64,000 nt of DNA. Source: Octopus vulgaris. Lineage: Eukaryota. Made by a program: the position numbers and the translations under genes. The stretch spans positions 57,226,001-57,290,000 of the forward strand of contig OX597816.1 of the NCBI GenBank assembly GCA_951406725.2. Reading direction: 5' to 3'. The notes beneath the pieces were generated by a model that saw only the letters and a program-made list of their open reading frames with translations, had not been told where the DNA came from and did no database searches. Below, piece after piece: positions 27,633 to 37,995 of this stretch; the first letter of the stretch is position 1, and each line of letters starts with the position of its first letter.

Positions 27633-29866
27633 ATCCTAAAATAATTAATTTATCAAAAAGAGATCTTGACAATGATGAAATCCAACTTCTGTCAAAAGGA
27701 CTGAAATTCACACCTACACCAACAGCCAACCACCAAGAATTAAAGGAGGATATCCAAAAATTCTGTCGAAAATTACGACTTGTAGAATTCTTCGCTAACA
27801 AAAGTAATGAGATTGATGAATCCCTAGTAAGGAATAAATCAAATTTCACCCCACCAAAAGGAAGAAATAACTACCTTGACCAATACATTGATATCCTGTC
27901 TAAATTTCCCCTTAGACGCAATACCAATGTTAGGCCAAACATTAGCAAATCAGAGATGTCTGCATGTAAACGTATACAAAACGATCAAACAATAATAATT
28001 AAACAAGCAGATAAAGGTGGTGCAATTGTTATTATGGATACCGAATACTATAAGGATTTGGTTGAAGACCAACTGAAGGATACAACCTTCTATTGTGAAA
28101 TACCCGCAAATATAGACCACCACATCATGAAAAAGATCAACAACCTGATTTCAACACACCACAACTCACTTACGGATAATGAAAAAGACTACATCACCAA
28201 TTTTGAACCAAAACCCAGCAACTTCTACGGCTTACCAAAAATACACAAATCAAAACACATTCAACAGGCAGTAAAAGAACAAGAAAGTGAGTACATAAAA
28301 TTATTACATCCAAAAGACCTAAAACTTAGACCTATTATAGCTGGTCCAGCATGCCCTACACACCGTCTAAGCAATTTTATTGACATTGTTTTGAAACCAC
28401 TATGTACTTACATACCAAGTTTCATCAGGGATGACATCGACTTCCTGTCCCATCTTCCCAAAACAACAGAAACAAATTCAGTTTTACTAAGTTTTGATGT
28501 GGTAAGCCTCTACACCAATATTCCACACGATTTAGGAATAAAGGCGATTAAATACTGGTTAGAAAAACATAGAGAAGTGATTCCCAGCAGATTCACAGTG
28601 CCATTTATATTAGACACAGTCAAACTTATTCTAGAAAATAACACATTCTTCTTCAATGGAAAGAATTACATCCAAATTAGAGGCACGGCGATGGGAACGA
28701 GGTTTGCTCCCGTTTACGCCAACTCTGTAATGGGATACTTAGAAGAACAACTCTACCAAGAGGTGGAGGTAAACTATGGCACTGGATTTAGAAAGTATAT
28801 TGAAAAGGCATGGAAGAGATACCTAGACGACTGTTTCATAATCTGGACAGAATCTCTAAATACTCTGGAAGAGTTCAATATCCTCCTGAACAACCTACAC
28901 CCATCTCTCAAATTTACAAAGGAGATGAGTAGTACCAAATTACCATTCCTGGATATAATGGTAATTAAAAAAGACACCACCATCACCACAGATATATACT
29001 ATAAACACACAGACACACATCAATACCTAAATTTTAAGTCGTGCCATCCACCACATACAAAACGTAACATCCCATACTGCCTAGCCAGAAGAATTTGTAC
29101 TATTGTAGAAGATGCAAATATCAGGAACAAACGCCTAATAGAACTAAGAGAATTTTTGCTCAAACAAAAATACCCATCTCTACTTATAGAAAATGGCATA
29201 CAGCGGGCTATAAAAATACCTATACAACAACTTAGGACAACCCAAGGAAGAGGAAAACAAGAACAAGTCATACCATTCATAGTGACACACAACCCATGTC
29301 ACCAGAATATCTTCAACATTGCCAAAGCAAACCTACCAATCATTGCCCAAAGTAATGAATTAAAAGACATAATCAAGGATCGAGCTATGGTGCTTAGTAA
29401 AAGACAGCCTAAAAACTTGAAAACATTACTAACAAAGGCAAAATTTGACCTCAGCAACAAAGACCAAACATTCACGGTATCTAAATGCAATGATAGCCGA
29501 TGTGGCACATGCCAATTCATACATACCGGTCAATATATAAACACAAAAACCGGGAAAATATTCACAAACGCGAATATGAACTGCAAAAGCAGAAATTTAA
29601 TTTACTGCATCAAATGCCCAAATTGTGAAGAAATATATGTAGGTCAGACGGGAAACGCACTATTAGAACGCTCACGTGTACACCGGCAACAGATTAGAGA
29701 CCCAGAGGTCCGTCAGATACCTTTGAGTAACCACCTAGCAACATGTGGTCGGAAAATATATATAATATTTCCATTCTACAAATTACACAGCCCAAGTGAA
29801 ATCGAGAGGAAAATCAGAGAAAAGAATTTTATTGATAAATTCGAACCCAAGCTAAATAAGCAATAA
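27539..29866 (+). CDS. PLE reverse transcriptase + Zn-knuckle + GIY-YIG endonuclease (frame open from 27539, first ATG at 27956)
   Basis: Motifs IINLS..LLSKGLKFTPTP, KQADKGGA, FYGLPKIHK, LRPIIAG, SFDVVSLYTNIP, GTAMGT, RYLDDCF, LPFLD, CNDSRCGTC, NLIYCIKCPNCEEIYVGQT..R..H; I read the frame codon by codon back to TAA at 27536. Confidence 0.95.
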   Translation, partial: PEKNPFFYVRTTNTGERKNPRGNIPQTTERIDPKIINLSKRDLDNDEIQLLSKGLKFTPTPTANHQELKEDIQKFCRKLRLVEFFANKSNEIDESLVRNKSNFTPPKGRNNYLDQYIDILSKFPLRRNTNVRPNISKSEMSACKRIQNDQTIIIKQADKGGAIVIMDTEYYKDLVEDQLKDTTFYCEIPANIDHHIMKKINNLISTHHNSLTDNEKDYITNFEPKPSNFYGLPKIHKSKHIQQAVKEQESEYIKLLHPKDLKLRPIIAGPACPTHRLSNFIDIVLKPLCTYIPSFIRDDIDFLSHLPKTTETNSVLLSFDVVSLYTNIPHDLGIKAIKYWLEKHREVIPSRFTVPFILDTVKLILENNTFFFNGKNYIQIRGTAMGTRFAPVYANSVMGYLEEQLYQEVEVNYGTGFRKYIEKAWKRYLDDCFIIWTESLNTLEEFNILLNNLHPSLKFTKEMSSTKLPFLDIMVIKKDTTITTDIYYKHTDTHQYLNFKSCHPPHTKRNIPYCLARRICTIVEDANIRNKRLIELREFLLKQKYPSLLIENGIQRAIKIPIQQLRTTQGRGKQEQVIPFIVTHNPCHQNIFNIAKANLPIIAQSNELKDIIKDRAMVLSKRQPKNLKTLLTKAKFDLSNKDQTFTVSKCNDSRCGTCQFIHTGQYINTKTGKIFTNANMNCKSRNLIYCIKCPNCEEIYVGQTGNALLERSRVHRQQIRDPEVRQIPLSNHLATCGRKIYIIFPFYKLHSPSEIERKIREKNFIDKFEPKLNKQ

Positions 29867-30183
29867 TAATAATACTTAGAGGTATTACTTCCACTGCTAC
29901 GACCATGACCACTAACAACAACAACAATACTAAAGGTGATCAAGACGAAGATAGCAGGAAAATTATCTTATTTAGGGTTAAAAGTTCTATTGCCACCACC
30001 ATCACCACTAGCAACAATAATTAAGGTGCTGACAATGATGATGATGACAATTGAAATATAAAAATATAAAAATCTCTGACAAAGGATATTTACAACATTT
30101 CTAAAAATAACCCAACAATTGCTGCTTCGGCCAGGGTCAAGATACAGGACTCTTGACCTGTCCAACAAAGCGTGATGCCTAAA

Positions 30184-30325
30184 CCAATCAGCTCAACCAA
30201 CCAATCAGCTTAAGTAATTGAGTGATACTACACACTGATTGGTCAGAATACAGTTTGCAAAACCTAGCACTCTGGAGCCTACCCAGCTGTATTTATAGCA
30301 CAGAATCACTCATCTTGCTACAGTC
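30184..30325 (+). promoter_or_regulatory. Putative Pol II promoter in the PLE pLTR
   Basis: CCAAT at 30184 and 30201, ATTGG at 30238, TATTTATA at 30290 and Inr-like CAGT at 30321; mirrored on the minus strand at about 25020-25160. Confidence 0.55.
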
Positions 30326-30360
30326 AAAAATTGTGAAGCATGACTGTCAACACTACTACA

Positions 30361-30405
30361 TGAACCCGAAGATTGCAGAATTCAATGCATGAAAGTACTA
30401 GTTCA
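30361..30405 (+). ncRNA. Minimal type I hammerhead ribozyme motif in the PLE pLTR
   Basis: TGAAC-CCGAAGA-tTGCA gaattcaa TGCAt-GAAA-GTAC-TA-GTTCA: stem I TGAAC/GTTCA, stem II TGCA/TGCA, palindromic stem III AGTACT. Confidence 0.8.
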
Positions 30406-30652
30406 ATCAGAATGAATATTTAACATTCTACTATTTCATTTTATTTTATTCAATTATAATATATTATCTTATAATATATCATTATAAGATTGTAAATAAA
30501 ACGTGAAAATCAGACAAGGTTGGAATTCTTTTTATTAATATACATATATATATACATGTACATACATATATGAATATATACACATATATATACACTCTCT
30601 CTCCTCTCTTTCCTCTCTCCCTCTCTCTCCCCTATCTCTTTTACACTCTCTC

Positions 30653-30711
<59 letters not shown>

Positions 30712-30831
30712 GTCGAACGAATGCTCAACACCGCATTAATGGATAAAATACACGCATGCACACACACACACATACACACACACACTATATATTTATACAT
30801 AAGTGGGTGTGTGGATGTGTGGGTGTACTTG

Positions 30832-30883
<52 letters not shown>

Positions 30884-30886
<3 letters not shown>

Positions 30887-31415
30887 GGCAGTAGTGGCCA
30901 ATGGAGCTACCTCAATGAAAACACAAATAGCGTGCGGTGTTCCACAGTGTACTGTCTTGGATCACTACTTTTCATAGTTGCCCTCTCAGATATGCCCTCA
31001 GATACCCGGATAGCCACCCTTGCTAGATACGCAGACGATACGAAAGTCTCGCAGAAAATACAGAACCCCAGGATTTGGATTCAATTTACAGATGGGCTGA
31101 GGAGAATAATACGCAGTTTAATGCTGAAAAATTCCAAGCCCTGCGCTACCAGCGTCCAAAACTGAATATAAAACTAACAGGGTCCCCTGGTCCACGGGGA
31201 TTACAATCCCAGAGCCTTAATCAGTGAGAGACATGGGTATCGACATGAGTGAGGATACCTCTTTACAAGTGCACAGTACTAGGATTGCGACAAAGTACAG
31301 ACGACTAACTGGATGGATCCTGAGAACATTCAGAACCAGAGAGAAGGAAATCATGATGGTCCCCTGGAGGACATTCGTCCTAAGCCGTCTGGATTACTAC
31401 TCCCAGCTATGGTTG
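30884..31415 (+). mobile_element. Decayed CR1-group LINE RT fragment
   Basis: GVPQCTVL/GSLLFIVALSDM..YADDTKV; RDMGI..GWILRTF..SRLDYYSQLW. Confidence 0.85.
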
Positions 31416-31539
31416 GAGTTACAAAGCAATCAATTTACATGGGATGAATGCCAGGTGTGGAGAGTCATCAAGAGGTTTAATAGGATCTTTTCCTTTGCAG
31501 GCACTGTTACCTGTTAAGCGTACCTAGGCATGCTACACC

Positions 31540-31900
31540 CGTCCAATTTACCAACCATACCTGCACTCTATAGAAATGATGAATTTTTCTTTTAACAAAA
31601 CGGCGCCCCGCCCCACAACAGCCGAGACGTGCGAGTTTACCTGGATGAAAATCTGCAAGGTCACTGGATAGGACGAAGAGGCACAGTTGAGTTCCCAGAA
31701 AGGTCTCTTCGTTTAATACCTGCTGACTTTTACTTATGGGGTACCCTAAAGGATCTCGTATCACAGAAAACTGGCTACACTATGTTTTTTGCTGAAAAAA
31801 TTGAAACAGCTGGACACTTTGGCAAATGTGGCCAAAGATGGAGTTCACCGTACTAACGAGTGTCTGAAAGCTACCCCTTCTAAGGGCAACTTGTATTAAT
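31540..31900 (+). mobile_element. Tc1/mariner-superfamily transposase relic
   Basis: QNGAPPH..DVRVYLDENL..WIGRRG..EFPERS..L.P.DFYLWG.LKD.V (second and third catalytic Asp regions). Confidence 0.8.
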
Positions 31901-32138
31901 CACGTGATGTCTCAATAAATTTAGTATTTTTATAAGTTTCTTTCTTGAAATGTGTATCGGTGTTTTGAAATGTGTATCGGTGTGTGTGTGTGCGTGTATG
32001 TGTGTGTGTGCGCATGTATGCATGTGTGCGTGCGTGCGTGTGTGTGTGCGCGCGCGTGTGTGTGTGTGTATGCATGTGTGTAAGTATTATTATACAGAGT
32101 TATATAAAATGTATAGGTGTATAAATATGCGTTTGTGT

Positions 32139-32190
<52 letters not shown>

Positions 32191-33226
32191 AAATACAGAC
32201 AGAAATGGAGAAGGGAGAGAGAGAGCTGTGAGAGAGAGATGTTAATTGCCAACATACCTTTAATTAAATTAGTTGTCCTTACTAAGAATGTAATAGCTAA
32301 GGAGACACTCCTGTATTTATATAAATACGTGGGACCTTCCTCCAGCCCCACGACACACACACACACACACCTTCACATCCCCCCTCCTTTCTTTCTCTCT
32401 CAAAGAATCCCATCTTTCTTCAATTGTTTGCTGTCTCATTAGTTCAAAGCTTCTGTCGGCTACCCACATATGTTGGCCTGGAAAACGGACCGCTGTTTCC
32501 TGTGAATGTCTATGAATATAGGGGCGAGGACGTTCGCTGTGTCTGGGTTTTTGTGTGTGTGTATATAAATATGCATCAACGTTTGTGTATAAATGTGTGT
32601 GTGTGTGTGTATTAAAATATGTGTATGTGTGTGTGATTCTATGTATGTGCGTATGTATGAATATTTTGTGTGTAAAAGTGTATGCGTGTGTGTATGTGTG
32701 TGTTAGTGTGTACATGTGTGTAGGGGTGTCAGAACTTTAACAACAAAGACGTACAACACAGACTCGACTTGTTGATAATGAACAAATTAACAAAGACCAA
32801 ATCTTCTAAAATTAAAAGGGGTTCCAAACATGACTATCCCGTCTTTTATTCAACTATATCAGAGACAAAATTTCCCCTTTATTTTAATACATCGGGGTGG
32901 TATTAAGGGTGTTCTAGCTGTTATTTCTAGCAGATTGTAGGATTTATCCAGCAAAGTTTTGGAATGAGTAACCCATAATGATAGTTTTTCCAGCAATGAC
33001 CATCCCGTTCTAAATTCATAAATTGCGTATGCTACTCTTTTCCGGCGCAAGAGGCTGAGGAAGATGTGGGTGTCATTTCTAGATGGCTGTGTGGCTAAGT
33101 TAAGGATTTCACGTTGTATAGATTCTCTAACACACCGACATACATACATACATACATACATACATACATACATACATACATACATACATACATACATACA
33201 TACATACATACATACATACATACATA

Positions 33227-33682
33227 CGCGTAGGCGAGAAAGATATGCCATAATATACATCTGGAAGATCCTAGAAGGACTTGTCCCAAACTTTGGCATC
33301 GAGAGTTACACAAATGCCAGAACTGGGCGCCACTGCATAGTGCCAAGGACTCCAAATTTGCCATCAAGATGTAGGACAAGATACTGTGATAGCCTGGGCT
33401 TCCGAGGTCCACAGCTCTTCAATATCCTCCCGAAGAACCTAAGAGACCTGCATGGGGTGGATGCAGATGTCTTTAAAATGAAACTGGATCTCTTCTTGTC
33501 AGGTATCCCAGATGAACCAACTTCACGGCAGGAGGTGCAGATGAGGGCAGCTGCATCGAACTCTCTCATGCACCAAATGGCAATTGCTAAAAAGCATTCG
33601 TGAAGTAAAATCATGTAGCAACACCAAATGGCGGTGCCCCAGCATGGCCACAGCTTGTGAGCTGAAACTAGATAAATAAAAA
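33227..33682 (+). mobile_element. 3' end of a CR1-group LINE with intact C-terminal frame and 3'UTR
   Basis: RRRERYAIIYIWKILEGLVPN..GPQLFNILP..FKMKLDLFL..IPDEP..SNSL; tail ggcggtgccccagcatggccacagc..gctgaaac; flanked by (CATA)n. Confidence 0.85.
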
Positions 33683-33789
33683 ATTTTAAAAATACATACA
33701 TACATACATACATACATACATACATAGTAACATTGATCATCAAAGCAGTCTATTATGGACCAATAACCGGATTACTACCCCCTACTTTG

Positions 33790-34680
33790 AAGGGTATGCG
33801 TTTTCAATCCATGAACAGGAAATATTAACCAAATACCTGGCGTACAAAAGGGATAGAGATGCAGGAAAAGCAGTAAAATGTGACAACCAATGCAGACTTT
33901 GTGGAGTTAACACTGAAGATATCACCCACATCATAAGAAGTTATCCAAAAATATCATCACGGTATTATCTACCAATGAGACATGATGTTGTAGCTAGGAC
34001 ACTCTATAATTAAATCCGCCGGAAGGATAACCCCGAAGACAACAAAATATGAACCCACAATATGGTAGAAGCTTTAGTCACTCATAATAAAAAGGAATAC
34101 TGGTGGAATGTACCAGTGAAGATCTCAATAAAATGCAAGTATTGTAGACCTGATATAATGATTTGGGCGAGAGAAGAGAAACTGTATTGTTGTGGAAATT
34201 AGCTGTCCAGTGGATGTTAACAAAGTTGAAGAGATCAGTGAAAAAGAGAATACTTACGCTGGACTATTGAAAAGTCTAGTTACTCTATCCATGTCACAAG
34301 TTCAGATTTATACCTGTAATTATTGGGGCACTGCCTAAATACCAATCTTAAGAAATTAAGCTCCTCAAGACCAGAAAGGAGAAAGCTAATTTGAAGACTA
34401 CAGATCCAATGCATCACTGGAACAGTAAAATCTGTAAAGTTTTCCAGAACTTTATCATCTAAATATATATGAGCATGTTTAGATATGCAACTATATGCAT
34501 GCGAATACATACATAAAGCAAAACTTACAAATCTGCATATATACATACATTCATACATACATACACACAAACAAAAATACCCTGTTGTTGATGTTGAAAT
34601 CTCAATGAAGGCGCCTTGGATCTAGGTTAGAAACCGATTCTTTCTCTATTGGCAAGAAATCTTGAAATAGAACTGAACAA
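33790..34680 (+). mobile_element. 3' fragment of a second RLE-type LINE
   Basis: YYLPMRHDVVA, YWWNVPV, RPDIMIW, VEISCPVD, IPVIIGAL; short homologue at 62110-62190. Confidence 0.7.
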
Positions 34681-34799
34681 TGATATACATACATACATGT
34701 GTGTAGAATTTATACATAGACAGTCCGTAGCAATTCAAGCACTGAGAGGTAATAATTAACAAAATAAATTGTATTTCTCTAACTGCTAACTACGTTTTA

Positions 34800-34874
<75 letters not shown>

Positions 34875-34887
34875 GTGTGTGTGTATT

Positions 34888-35043
34888 TCAATATGTGACC
34901 GCGTGTGTATTATTGGCGATTTTTTTTCCTCCGTCTTCCCTTCCTTGGATCTTTCTTTTCCTAAGCGTCCAATAACACTATACTTGTTCCACGTCCTCTC
35001 GTTGTTGTGTTTTCTCTTCGTGTTTTCATGTTTGGATTAACTT
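34888..35043 (+). mobile_element. Internally deleted copy of the 59.2 kb repeat
   Basis: atgtgaccgcgtgtgta...ttccacgtcct..cgttgttgtgt...tttggattaact is the reverse complement of 59141-59343 minus about 50 nt. Confidence 0.6.
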
Positions 35044-35370
35044 TGTGTGTGTGTGTGTGTATATATATACCGTTGCTTCATCTTCTCATTGATGAAGAAA
35101 CACCAGCCGAAAGGTTAGATTCTCTTGTTTTTCTCTCCATGTTTCCTAATGTGTGTTTACGTCCCCGTCACTTAGCGGTTCGGCAAAAGAGACCGATAGA
35201 ATAAGTACTGGGATTACAAAGAATAAGTCCCGGGGTCGAGTTGCTCGACTAAAGGCGGTGCTCCAGCATGACCGCAGTCAAATGACTGAAACAAGTAAAA
35301 GATATACGTGTGCGTGTGTGTATTATTATCGCCAAGCCTCCACCATTCGCTTATTTGTGTATTCCTTTAT

Positions 35371-35455
<85 letters not shown>

Positions 35456-36164
35456 CATGGAGAAATTTAGAAAAATAAGAATAATCAGAATGGAAAAGAC
35501 AAGAATGGTAACGGACAACAAAAACGTGTGTGTGTATGCGTTGGGGTGCCGGAAGAAACCTGTTTTACTATAATTACCAGTTATACTGACGCATGTATAT
35601 AGAGACGGACGGACGTTAATGTATGTTTATATACATATTAATACATATGCACGTGTGCGTGTGTGTACATACACGCATACACACACGCATATGTAATCTA
35701 TTAAACATCTCTATAAGTAATACATATTTGAATGTTTTTATATAAAAGAAAGCTCACACACACAAATACAAACATATGCTGAGGGTGGAGTGTATGCCTA
35801 TACACATCCGTATACGTTGATGCATATGGATCTCTTTGGTTCATTTTTAGCATCATAATCAAGGCCATGCTGGAGCACTGTTCTCAGACATGAATGCTTT
35901 ATGGTTTTTGTGTCGCCCCTTGCTAATTTCCAAGGCTCCATTGTTTTAGTTCGCCCCTTTTTCCGTGTACGTGACACCAGCCAAGTGATGCGGCCAGATC
36001 CGCTTTGTTTCGTCACCTTTCATAATACTTTTTCGGAAGAACGATGTAGAATTTAGGGCCTTTAAATGTGTTTGTGAGGAAAAAGCACACTGGAATGTGA
36101 CAGTACCTTCTATTTCTTTTCTTTTATTCCCTATTTTTTTGCCAAATCGGAACAAAAATCTTAT

Positions 36165-36612
36165 AGGCGCAGGAGTGACTGTGTGGTAAGTAGCTTGCTA
36201 ACCAACCACATGGTTCCGGGTTCAGTCCCACTGCGTGGCATCTTGGGCAAGTGTCTTCTGCTATAGCCCCGGGCCGACCAATGCCTTGTGAGTGGATTTG
36301 GTAGACGGAAACTGAAAGAAGCCTGTTGTATATATGTATATATATATGAGCATGGGGTGGATGCAGATTTCTTTATATATATATATATGTGTGTGTGTGT
36401 GTATGTCTGTGTTTGTCCCCCTATAATTGCTTGACAACCGATGCTGGTGTGTTTATGTCCCCGTCACATAGCGGTTCGGCAAAAAGAGCCCGATAGAATA
36501 AGTACTGGGCTTACAAAGAATAAGTCCCGGGGTCGATTTGCTCGACTAAGGGCGGTGCTCCAGCATGGCCGCAGTCAAATGACTGAAACAAGTAAAACAG
36601 TAAAACAGTAAA
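36165..36612 (+). mobile_element. SINE family A (tRNA-derived head, internal (TA)n(TG)n, LINE-like tail)
   Basis: ggcgcaggagtg.ctgtgtggtaag (A box) ... ggttcagtccc (B box) ... ggcggtgctccagcatggccgcagtcaaatgactgaaacaag(taaaa.ag)n. Confidence 0.9.
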
Positions 36613-36669
36613 TTATTCACTTATAAATCCTTAAAACTCGTTTTCGTGGGCGCGATTTCGTTAGATTAA

Positions 36670-36848
36670 ACCCTTTGACGACGCGAAAGCGGGCGACCGC
36701 ATGCTTTGTGATTACAGCTGAAAATAACGATTTTTCTGCCAGTTAGTGAGACAAACACAAAAATATGTGGTCAATCGTTTTTAAGTCTTCTGAAGGTGAA
36801 ATAAAAAGAAATCGCATTCGTTAGAGCGTACTCGTCATTTCAAAAGGT
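36670..36848. mobile_element. Possible piggyBac-type MITE
   Basis: TTAA-a-CCCTTTGA ... TCAAAAGG-TTAA. Confidence 0.4.
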
Positions 36849-37807
36849 TAAGGCACATCGTTGCCGTGATGAGCTAAACAGTGGAGACGTTATGCATAGA
36901 GATCTTTTCAGTAATTTATGTCACCGATATTTTTCAGAGAGCGCCGATGGGTGCGAATGATTTTTTGCAATTTCTCAAAATGTCCACTCTCCATTTTCTG
37001 CAACGACACCACCATCAACAGCGCTGCATCACTTGTGCAAGTTTTAAAATTCCATCAGCATTGCACAAACGATGTTAGTATCAAGTTTAAGCCGTTCGAA
37101 ACCCTGTACCAAAGTTTAGGCTGCCAACAAAAATCGAGCTTACATCACATTACCAATTTTGACACAATTGTTTAATGTAGTAATTTTGAAACAAAACAAA
37201 GACGAAAAAAATTGCACAACCTTCAAATTGTAGCGTGGTAAATTCCTCCAAGAAATACCAGAAAAACCATCGACACCTGGACACAGTTCAGTCAACAGCT
37301 CCCTTATACGAATGGGCTCTGATGGCCCAAAACATGACTAAAAAATAACGTCATTAAGTGAGGCTATGGAGTTATTTGCCATGGCTTGGGCCAATAGTGT
37401 TTGGAACCTGAATTCGTCTAAATTTAGGTCCCTCTCCAGCCACTGAGTTCTTGAGTGGTTGTTGACATTTTCTGATGTTAGGTGAACATGTATTATCAGA
37501 CATAGCTATATCCAGCTTTCAATTGCTTATGGCCTGAGGCAAAATAGCACATTTCGATGGAGGGCCAAGAATTCTATGGCATTCAGCGATATGTCATGGT
37601 CATTCCCTCAGTTAGATTATAGATACCAACACGGATGGCATGGTTTCTCTTCACCGTAAGCATCACCTCGATGCCGTTTGCAAAGTTACTGAAGCTCAGC
37701 CGATTGAATAGTTTGTCTGTCACCGAAAGTATGCTGATGAACAAGCATACATATACATACACCCACACACGCACACGCACTTATACTGGCATATATATAT
37801 ATATATA

Positions 37808-37995
37808 TAACGGGAAGGTTTACGAAAATAAACAAAAGACGAAGGCAGGTGGAGTACAAACAAACAAATGTATTAGTATGGCGCTCAGGAATAGAAATAG
37901 AACAAGTCTTTTACGTTTCGAGCCTACGCTCTTCGACAGAAAGATACACAGAAAAAGGAGAGAAAAAAATGCGTGTAGGAGCTAACAATCTAACA
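37808..37995 (-). mobile_element. Short HHR-bearing non-autonomous repeat (PLE pLTR-like) inserted in (TA)n
   Basis: Minus 37907-37944: TCTTT-CTGTCGA-aGAGC gtag GCTC-GAAA-CG-TA-AAAGA; homologous to 11140-11320. Confidence 0.65.

Larger units (their letters stand above)
24803..30542 (+). mobile_element. Penelope-like retroelement (Neptune/Nematis-like: C-terminal GIY-YIG preceded by a Cys knuckle), 5'-truncated, with inverted 3' duplication
   Basis: RT+GIY-YIG ORF; 24803-26444 is the reverse complement of 28901-30542; both ends abut TA-rich microsatellite. Confidence 0.95.

Noticed and set aside
29470-29866. Selenocysteine recoding as in Naiad PLEs
   Set aside because: No in-frame TGA; endonuclease is C-terminal rather than N-terminal
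24803-30542. Interpretation as a DNA transposon, Polinton or DIRS with long TIRs
   Set aside because: The repeat is a copy of the coding 3' end; protein is PLE RT+GIY-YIG with no transposase, integrase or tyrosine recombinase
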